From an uncultured Planctomycetia bacterium (GTDB lineage Bacteria; Omnitrophota; Gorgyraeia; Duberdicusellales; 4484-171), in contig CAZHYN010000002.1 in NCBI GenBank assembly GCA_964536865.1, positions 97,772 to 129,771 of the forward strand: a stretch of DNA of 32,000 nt, given 5' to 3'. The translations under genes were made by a program, and so were the position numbers. The notes below the pieces were generated by a model. It did no database searches. It was given only the letters and a program-made list of their open reading frames with translations, and was not told the origin of the DNA. Of this stretch, positions 25,889 to 32,000 are shown piece after piece. The stretch's first letter is position 1. The number at the start of each line of letters is the position of its first letter.

Positions 25889-26440
25889 TTAAAAGAAAAA
25901 AGAAAAACCTATCAAAGCTAATTTAGCATCTATCCCTTTATTGGGCTTTTTGATTCCAGCGTTAGAAAGATGCCGGTAGCGATATTCTAAACTTATCGCT
26001 GAATTCTTACTAATAAAGTAGTGAAAACCTGCTCCTATCTGAGGCAAGAAATTATATTGGCTACCCTGCTCACGAGTGTGCTGACTCATATAAACAACAC
26101 CTACACCTCCCTTAAGATAAGGCTGTATATTCTTGGTAAAATTGAATCTGTATTTGGCAAGAAAATTTACCCCTCCTTCTAAATTTGGATCGGGCTGCAC
26201 TATCAAAGTAGTAAACATCTCTACAATAAAGCTTAAGTGAGAGTTCCCTTTTAGGTCTATTCTCCTTAAAACTTCTTGGGAGGAGAAGTCAAACGAAAAG
26301 AAAAAAGGTATTCCTATGTAATCTTGCTTTTCATCCAAGGAAGCAGAAAGATATCCTGTAAAAACCTCTATCCCTTCCAAACAGAACCCTGCCCGAGGAA
26401 TAAAAACAAAAAGAAGGAGAAGTAACGTTTTCTTCACCAA
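25889..26440 (-). CDS. Outer-membrane beta-barrel, lipid A 3-O-deacylase (PagL)-like / acyloxyacyl hydrolase family
   Basis: 183 aa. Signal peptide; alternating beta-strand pattern; YRHLSNAGIKKPNKGID resembles the PagL His/Ser catalytic region (H-x-S-N-x-G...N-x-G); terminal Phe typical of OMPs. The start is TTG (26440) or GTG (26437). Confidence 0.7.
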   Translation of the reverse strand: MVKKTLLLLLFVFIPRAGFCLEGIEVFTGYLSASLDEKQDYIGIPFFFSFDFSSQEVLRRIDLKGNSHLSFIVEMFTTLIVQPDPNLEGGVNFLAKYRFNFTKNIQPYLKGGVGVVYMSQHTREQGSQYNFLPQIGAGFHYFISKNSAISLEYRYRHLSNAGIKKPNKGIDAKLALIGFSFFF

Positions 26441-26463
26441 TCTCTCTCTTTCTTTAAGAATTA

Positions 26464-26492
26464 ATTTTAAACTTTAAGCCAAACTGTGTCAA
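26464..26492 (-). promoter_or_regulatory. Candidate sigma70-type promoter for the PagL-like / GNAT / acyl-CoA dehydrogenase genes
   Basis: On the minus strand: perfect TTGACA (26492-26487), a 17-nt spacer, then TAAAAT (26469-26464), 23 nt upstream of the start codon. Confidence 0.4.
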
Positions 26493-26527
26493 ACGCTTTT
26501 TCTTTATCAAACGAGGTAAGACAAAAG

Positions 26528-26920
26528 TTACTTTCCCACCAAAATCTTATCTACCACCTCTATTAATTGCTCAGGGGTAAAGGGTTTAGCTAAGAGTTGA
26601 TACTTTCCACCCGAAGGATAAAGTCTTCTTATCTCTTCTTCTCGAATTAAACAGGTGAGAAAGATAACAGGTATCTTTTTGGTCAAAAAATCTTCTTGAA
26701 GACTTTGAGCCATGGTAGTTCCATCCATTATTGGCATAAGAATATCTAGGATGATTAAATCAGGAAGGATCTCTTTTGCTTTCTTTAACCCATCCTCTCC
26801 ATTACGGGCACCTATTACTTGATAACCTTTTTGTGTAAGGATGCGCTCTACTGCCTCTACAATATAGGGTTCATCATCTACCACTAAAACTTTTTTTTCC
26901 ACATTCACCTCCTTATCCAA
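26528..26920 (-). CDS. Stand-alone response regulator (receiver domain only)
   Basis: 130 aa. Canonical VLVVDDEP, ILDILMPIMDG, IFLT and LAKPF residues. Confidence 0.9.
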   Translation of the reverse strand: MDKEVNVEKKVLVVDDEPYIVEAVERILTQKGYQVIGARNGEDGLKKAKEILPDLIILDILMPIMDGTTMAQSLQEDFLTKKIPVIFLTCLIREEEIRRLYPSGGKYQLLAKPFTPEQLIEVVDKILVGK

Positions 26921-26941
26921 ATTAAATCTCTCATTTTATTG

Positions 26942-28000
26942 TCACTCTCCGATTTTAGTAAAATAGATAGTTTGGGTAGGATAGGCAAACTCTATACCAC
27001 GTTTTTCGAATTCTTCTTTTATAGCAAAGTTAATTTCCTGTTGAATATCCATATATTTGTTATAATCACTTCCTATAACGTAATAAACTATCTCAAAAAT
27101 TAGACTAAAATCACCATAAGAGAAAAAATGTGCCCTATCAAAAACTGCATCCTTCACATTTTTAATAATACTCTCAATTATCTTAGGTATCTCTTTCAAT
27201 TTTTCTAAGGGAGTACTATAAACTACCCCAATGCGAAAAAGAACCCTCCTTTTTTCCATACGTTTGTAGTTTCTTACCCGAGAATCGGTAAGGTCAGTAT
27301 TGGAAAAAACTAACTGCTCCCCACTTAAGCTCCTTATCCTGGTAGTCTTAGCCCCAATGTACTCTACCGTACCTAAGTAGTCATCAATGATAATAAAGTC
27401 TCCTACCTCAAAGGGACGATCAAAAATTATAGAGAAATAGCTGAACAAATCTTTTAGGATTGCCTGAGCTGCTAAACCTACAGCTATGCCTCCAATTCCT
27501 AAACCAGCAATTACCGTAGAGATTTTAAACCCTAAGTTATCTAAGAAAAAGACGATAGCTAATCCCCAGATAACTACCCTGATCACCCTTAAAATCCCTT
27601 TAAGGCTCCGCTGTAACGCCACATCTTTACCTCGCTTTATCCAGTAAATCTCGAAAATATAACTTATAACTTCTCCCAGAAGACGAGCCCCTGCTAACGT
27701 TAAAATAGCTATTCCTAAAATATTAATTACTTTTCTTAAGTAGGGATGTAACTTCAGGATATTCACACTGATATAGAATGCCCCCCAATAAAGCAAAGGC
27801 AGACCAATTTTTTCTATGAGAGCTATGATGAAATCGTCAATAGTGGTTTTACTTTTCTGAGCCCATTCCTTAAGCCGCCTAAGAGCTATTCTCTTAAAGA
27901 CTCTAATAATAAAAATTGCAACAGAAAGGGTAAGAAGAAAAATAAAATAACTTAATAAGTGATTACCAAAAAATGTAATGTCTAAAAAACTATCCCCCAT
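26942..28000 (-). CDS. Mechanosensitive ion channel, MscS family
   Basis: 352 aa. Several N-terminal TM helices, then the MscS core GIGGIAVGLAAQAILKDLFS and PFEVGDFIIIDDYLGTVEYIGAKTTRIRSLSGEQLVFSNTDL. Confidence 0.88.
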   Translation of the reverse strand: MGDSFLDITFFGNHLLSYFIFLLTLSVAIFIIRVFKRIALRRLKEWAQKSKTTIDDFIIALIEKIGLPLLYWGAFYISVNILKLHPYLRKVINILGIAILTLAGARLLGEVISYIFEIYWIKRGKDVALQRSLKGILRVIRVVIWGLAIVFFLDNLGFKISTVIAGLGIGGIAVGLAAQAILKDLFSYFSIIFDRPFEVGDFIIIDDYLGTVEYIGAKTTRIRSLSGEQLVFSNTDLTDSRVRNYKRMEKRRVLFRIGVVYSTPLEKLKEIPKIIESIIKNVKDAVFDRAHFFSYGDFSLIFEIVYYVIGSDYNKYMDIQQEINFAIKEEFEKRGIEFAYPTQTIYFTKIGE

Positions 28001-28042
28001 CTTTTCCTCCTCCTTTTATCTTCAATCATTCCACTTAGAATT

Positions 28043-28071
28043 ATCTTAATCGATGAAGGGAAAAATGTAAA
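28043..28071 (-). promoter_or_regulatory. Candidate sigma70-type promoter for the MscS / response-regulator genes
   Basis: On the minus strand: TTTACA (28071-28066), a 17-nt spacer, then TAAGAT (28048-28043). It is followed by the SD AAAGGAGGAGG and the ATG at 28000. Confidence 0.4.
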
Positions 28072-28091
28072 GGTTATTAAAATGTTCCAGG

Positions 28092-29198
28092 CTACTTACT
28101 CATACTTCGCCAATAATTCTTAAGGAGCTTCTTAAGAGAAAAAACCATCTCTTTTGTCTCTTCTAACTTAAAATCAGGGCTAGGTAAGCTTCTCTCTTTA
28201 AAATCATCCAAATCAACTTCCTGATTCAATACGCCGGCAATTAGGGCGGTCCAGCAAAATGGTAAGAGCTCTTCATTGTATCCTGAGGTAACTAAATCTA
28301 CGCTCTTACCTTGACAAACTTCTTCGGCTATCTCCCTGGTGTAGCTACCAATCATCTTAAAGCCATCAAGAGTTAATCCCAAATTAGTTAAATTATCTAA
28401 ATAGTGGGGATCACTTCCTCCATACCTAATTATTAATTGAGGAGAAAACTCTTTTGCTAAAGGAAAAATTATCTTCTCAAATAGATACTGATAAGACTTA
28501 TTAGAAGCACCTATAGGAAGAGGTAAGTTAATAGTGAATCCTTTTCCCCTTCCCTCTCCTATTTGATGTATAAATCCTGTACCAGGATAAATTGTTGCGG
28601 GATTTTGATGTAAATCTATAAATAAAACGCAAGGGTCGTTATAGAAAAATTGAGCCACTCCATTCCCTGCGTGAGCATCGGTATCTAAAACTAAAATTCT
28701 TTCTAACTTATACTTTCGCTTAAGATTCTCTACACCTATAGCTATATCGTTATAAATGCAAAATCCTTCTCCAAAATCAGGCTGAGCGTGATGTAGCCCC
28801 CCTCCTATAACTATTGCCTTCTTTAAACTTCCCCTAACCACCATCTCTAATGCTTCTACCGATGAGCCTACAATAACTCTGGCTGCCTCATCTATTCCTT
28901 GAGGAAATCTGCCTGTTAAGGGATTAATGTTATCACTACTTAGGTAGCGAAAAAGGTAAGGAACTTCTATACCAGAAGAGGCACTTTTTACTACATCGAT
29001 ATAATCCTGAGTATGAACTAAACAAAGAAGTTGGTCACTAGCGGGAGAAGCCAGTATGTGTTGAAAGTAATTTTTAAAATCTGGAAACCTTCCCTTAAAG
29101 AAATTTAAAAAAATCTCAAATCTTTTCCCCCTAAAGGGGTGACCTTCTCCAAAATCATATTTCTCTATCTCGGGATGGTAAAAGAAACCTGCTTCCAT
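28092..29198 (-). CDS. Histone deacetylase-family (AcuC/AphA-like) zinc-dependent deacetylase
   Basis: 368 aa. GGGLHHAQPDFGEGFCIYNDIAI (HH pair plus a Zn ligand), LDTDAHAGNG (D-x-H Zn ligands) and RYGGSDPH. Confidence 0.9.
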   Translation of the reverse strand: MEAGFFYHPEIEKYDFGEGHPFRGKRFEIFLNFFKGRFPDFKNYFQHILASPASDQLLCLVHTQDYIDVVKSASSGIEVPYLFRYLSSDNINPLTGRFPQGIDEAARVIVGSSVEALEMVVRGSLKKAIVIGGGLHHAQPDFGEGFCIYNDIAIGVENLKRKYKLERILVLDTDAHAGNGVAQFFYNDPCVLFIDLHQNPATIYPGTGFIHQIGEGRGKGFTINLPLPIGASNKSYQYLFEKIIFPLAKEFSPQLIIRYGGSDPHYLDNLTNLGLTLDGFKMIGSYTREIAEEVCQGKSVDLVTSGYNEELLPFCWTALIAGVLNQEVDLDDFKERSLPSPDFKLEETKEMVFSLKKLLKNYWRSMSK

Positions 29199-29279
29199 CT
29201 AATAAGACTATTCTTATAAAGCAACCTAACTCCTATACATTAAAAATTTTCCTCCCTGTGCTATTTTGCAGAAAAAAAA

Positions 29280-29810
29280 TTACTTAGATGGCATTTTCTC
29301 TTCTACTTTATAAACTCTATCGTTAGGATGTACTTTTTGGATAACTTTAATCCCTATCTCCCTACCTTTAGGGGCATAGGAAATATCTTTGTGGTTAAGC
29401 TGCATGGAGTTAACAGTCTGAATGAAATCGTCGTGGGCTCCCTTTATATGGATTCTCTCACCGATTCTTAATGGCTTTTTAAGTTTAATCACCCCTACAG
29501 ATATTTTTCCAAAATAGTGAGTGATTATGCCTATTTCTTCTTCTCTCTTTTTTTTAGATTTCTTTAAGACTTTTTTAACTTTGAAAGAAGGTTTCTTATA
29601 AATTCTTTTTGTTTTCTTGTAGGGTCTTCTTACTTTCCCCTTAGTTCTTTTTACTTTGCGGAGAGGTTTTTTGTATTTTACCTTTCTTGTTTTAAATTTA
29701 GTCCTTTTAGAACTCTTCTTTTTAGATTTTCTAGATTTTCGGATAACTTTTCTTTCTTTGGCTGGATTAAACAACCTTCTCCAGAAATCAAGAAATCCCA
29801 TATTCTCCAA
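29280..29810 (-). CDS. Protein with a very Lys/Arg-rich N-terminal tail and a C-terminal EF-Tu-domain-2-like beta-barrel ('translation elongation factor-like' small-protein family)
   Basis: 176 aa. By my count 42 of the 72 residues K18-R89 are K or R. The C-terminal ~85 aa (IGIITHYFGKISVGVIKLKKPLRIGERIHIKG...IQTVNSMQLNHKDISYAPKGREIGIKV...NDRVYKV) match that conserved barrel family. The start is TTG at 29810 or ATG at 29801. Confidence 0.7.
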   Translation of the reverse strand: MENMGFLDFWRRLFNPAKERKVIRKSRKSKKKSSKRTKFKTRKVKYKKPLRKVKRTKGKVRRPYKKTKRIYKKPSFKVKKVLKKSKKKREEEIGIITHYFGKISVGVIKLKKPLRIGERIHIKGAHDDFIQTVNSMQLNHKDISYAPKGREIGIKVIQKVHPNDRVYKVEEKMPSK

Positions 29811-30426
29811 AAGTTTGCCTTATAGAAATTATATCCCCCTAAGTCATTTTTTTAAAGATAATTTTAACAGAAAATACTACCAAAATAATCAGGAGGGGTT
29901 TAGCGGATATCCTATACTCGAAGGCTCTCTATAAATAAATATAATGTAAATCCTTTGGGAAAAACAAACGAGCTTTATTTTCTGTTTTTGTAATAAATTC
30001 AAAAGTTTTCGTAATCCTGTGGCACAATTATATAACAAATATTTTGGTGCCAAAACGTTTATAATTACCTAATTTTTTATATCCAAAACCTTACAGAGCG
30101 GAATAAGTGTTTCTAAAGTTAAATTTACTTTCCCTTTTTCTATTCAAGTTAACTTTATATTATAAGCAAGGCTTTTATTGTAAACTTAGGCTCTTTTAAG
30201 ACAAACCTCTTAAATTAAATAACCACACCTCCTCCTTTTCCTTTTTCTTTCTGCTCGCCCCTCAAGTGACCCTGTGCTGAAAGCTTCACAGCCAAATAAA
30301 GCGGGGACACAGGTTACGATACAGAGATGAGGCTACTATTTATAAGATAAACCTCACAATACATTGATAGTGCTTACCAATATTAAGAGTGAGGTGGTTT
30401 TTGGGGTGCTTGACAAAGTTTAATCT

Positions 30427-30711
30427 CTAACACATAAATACTATGGATGTTTTGGGAACCTTGAAAAGAGTAGGTATTTCTATCCCTTTCTCTTTTGCTT
30501 TTCTGTAAACTGCCTTGGCATTGTAATCGCTTAAGATTACTTTATTTAAGATTACTTTATTATCAGAAGAAAGAGCAACCCACTTTCCTCTGTATTTAGT
30601 CAACAATATCTTATCGAAATCATTATTTCTCTTCAAAAAATTTACCTTTTTAAACATCTTAGATAGAGATTTTATTAAAGTATTTTTTGATATAGTTGCA
30701 GAGAATCTCAA
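30427..30711 (-). CDS. DUF5678-like small protein
   Basis: Core YRGKWVAL...AKAVYRKAKEKGIEIPTLFKVPK resembles the DUF5678 pattern (GKWVA...v.a..d..ea...a...g...p.i..VP). The track start is a TTG with no SD. The ATG at 30657 (76 aa) is an equally plausible start. Confidence 0.55.
   Translation of the reverse strand: MRFSATISKNTLIKSLSKMFKKVNFLKRNNDFDKILLTKYRGKWVALSSDNKVILNKVILSDYNAKAVYRKAKEKGIEIPTLFKVPKTSIVFMC
30531..30561. repeat. Perfect 15-bp tandem duplication inside the DUF5678-like gene
   Basis: TAAGATTACTTTATT occurs at 30532-30546 and again at 30547-30561, with one extra matching base at 30531. It is in frame and encodes NKVIL-NKVIL. Confidence 0.9.
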
Positions 30712-30845
30712 TAGAAATTATCTTTTTAGCCTATTTTCAAAATAATAAACTAATATCAAAGCAGGTGCTATAAGTAAAAAAATTATATAAATAAAAAAAT
30801 GGTTCTTCTTCATTTTTGTCTCTTGATTAACTTATAAAGATAGAT

Positions 30846-31352
30846 TTACTTAATCCTTACCAGTTTATTTTTTAAATTATCAGGGATTTGGTCTATTGTT
30901 ACAATCTTCAGTAATCTTTCCTTTTTATTTAACGAGAGGTCTTTTTCAACTAACGTTACGATAAGTTCCTTAGGCAGACTCCACATAGCACCTGTTAAAG
31001 GATCTACAATTAGCATACCAATTAATCCTCCAAAAAGAATATTTCCGATGTACCATCCATCTAACCCAGCTTTTATAACTGCGGTTTGCTCTTCATAACC
31101 AGATTTTGAAAAAGTAACTGTATATGATTTAGCATGAAAATAAGCCTCGCCAGCAGATAAGGTAAGAGTGGCAGGTGTCTTTCCTTTGTATATCTGCCTT
31201 CCATATTCATCCTTGACAACTATATTTGCTTCATCCGGATAACTATTGATAGTTACTGGATACATAGACTTACTAATGATACTTGCACATCCAGTTAGAA
31301 AAATCAATACAACTACTGTCCCTACACTTTTAACTATCCTTCTCATAACCAC
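30846..31352 (-). CDS. Lipoprotein with a PEGA-like beta-sandwich domain and a C-terminal glycine-zipper hydrophobic segment
   Basis: Lipobox LTGC after a hydrophobic signal. YPVTINSYPDEANIVVKD...GKTPATL is PEGA-like. GNILFGGLIGMLIVDPLTGAMW is a Gly-zipper. The likely true start is the ATG at 31346, which is preceded by AGGGGG 5 nt upstream; the track start is a GTG at 31352. Confidence 0.75.
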   Translation of the reverse strand: MVMRRIVKSVGTVVVLIFLTGCASIISKSMYPVTINSYPDEANIVVKDEYGRQIYKGKTPATLTLSAGEAYFHAKSYTVTFSKSGYEEQTAVIKAGLDGWYIGNILFGGLIGMLIVDPLTGAMWSLPKELIVTLVEKDLSLNKKERLLKIVTIDQIPDNLKNKLVRIK

Positions 31353-31907
31353 CCCCTATCTTTGTTACCAGCACAATTTTATATATTATCGTTCAAGAAT
31401 CTATTTTCTTTTAGTAAAGATTATCAACTACAGATTACTTTACAGCAGAAGTCTCTCTTTTGCAAGAATTTTTTGCTTTATCAAAAGAGTGTTATGGCAG
31501 AAATAAATTTGCTATTTGCTAAATAGAAAGTAACAATTGCATTAATGTAATTAGAGTATCTAGTATTTAATAAAAATCAGAATCAATAATAACTATAACA
31601 GATTTGATTATTTTTTTATTGTTAATTTCAATCATTATCTCTTTATTATTCTCCAATCCATTAGAAGATAAATTGCAGGAACCAACAAGGAGGGTTTTGT
31701 TATCTATTATGATGAATTTTCTGTGGAAGATGGCGGGTCGCCTATGCGACCAAATTCTAACCTATTTCAAAGAGAAATATAAATGACTTTATATCCCACC
31801 CACCCTTGCAGTCTCGGTGCTCGGGGCTGAGCCTGTAGTCTCAGCCTGCCTGCGCTCCGAGCCTGCTTTCCCTAATAAGCTTCCTCAAGCACCTGCTTTC
31901 GTCGGAT

Positions 31908-31930
31908 TTTTTCGCCTTAGGCGAAAATTT
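31908..31930 (+). terminator. Weak intrinsic-terminator-like hairpin
   Basis: TTTTCGCC (31908-31915), TTA, GGCGAAAA (31919-31926), followed by TTTT. Only 4 G:C pairs, and the symmetric A/T tracts mean it could act in either direction. Confidence 0.3.
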
Positions 31931-32000
31931 TAGTATTTAAATCAAGGAACAATAAAGAAAATATTTTGTGGGACGCCTGCTTTTTGTGAATTTGAGAAAA

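Noticed and set aside
29199-29279. Small hairpin ATAAGA-ATAG-TCTTAT immediately upstream of the HDAC start as a regulatory element
   Set aside because: It is a 6-bp AT-rich stem of marginal stability in AT-rich DNA, with no supporting features.
30020-30052. TGGCAC motifs considered as sigma54 -24 elements
   Set aside because: Neither strand has the GC of the -12 element (TTGC) at the required spacing. The two copies are better described as arms of an inverted repeat.
30768-30812. Short minus-strand ORF starting at ATG 30812 (MKKNHFFIYIIFYL) between the lipoprotein and the DUF5678-like gene
   Set aside because: Careful re-translation shows a stop after 14 codons, and there is no RBS. It was initially misread as a longer hydrophobic peptide.
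31604-31786. 60-aa plus-strand ORF (MIIFLLLISIIISLLF...)
   Set aside because: It has a TTG start with no Shine-Dalgarno sequence. The N-terminus is a product of poly-T/A codons, and I recognise no family. It could be a small membrane peptide, but the evidence is too thin to call.
1-32000. CRISPR arrays, transposases or IS ends, integrases other than XerC/D, phage genes, toxin-antitoxin pairs and recognisable defence systems
   Set aside because: None was seen. The only direct repeat is the 15-bp duplication at 30531-30561. The XerC/D-type recombinase sits in the conserved housekeeping dprA-topA context rather than at an island border. The DUF5678-like gene has no adjacent toxin-like partner.

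Overview
AT-rich bacterial chromosomal window (about one-third G+C by eye, not computed), almost fully coding, with 29 of 31 called CDS on the minus strand. No rRNA, tRNA, CRISPR array, transposase or phage gene was recognised. It has three blocks. (1) 1-13737 is a run of tightly packed or overlapping minus-strand genes, aroK-dprA-topA-xerC followed by lipid A/LPS-core genes: waaA, lpxK, an LpxL-like acyltransferase fused to an ELM1/DUF1022 domain, a GT4-GT9 fusion, one GT4 and three further GT9 heptosyltransferase-like genes. (2) 13928-24208 is a chemosensory locus. The minus-strand operon is cheY, cheC-like, cheA, comFB-like, cheR, cheY, cheD, cheB, cheC-like, pilZ, mcp. A converging plus-strand pair encodes cheC and a receiver-GGDEF(GGDDF) protein. 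(3) 24251-32000 holds acyl-CoA dehydrogenase, an ArgA-like GNAT, a PagL-like outer-membrane deacylase, a stand-alone response regulator, an MscS-family channel, an HDAC-family deacetylase, a protein with a very Lys/Arg-rich tail, a 616-bp non-coding stretch, a DUF5678-like small gene, a lipoprotein, and a GC-rich non-coding island at the window edge. The best candidate for something new is the chemosensory locus. It carries three cyclic-dinucleotide-type modules (a variant GGDEF regulator, a canonical PilZ and a ComFB-family protein sitting between cheA and cheR). It also has three CheC paralogues with complementary active-site loss, two CheY paralogues sharing a 3-residue insertion, and no cheW or cheV. 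All functional calls rest on motif recognition by eye. No database search was run.
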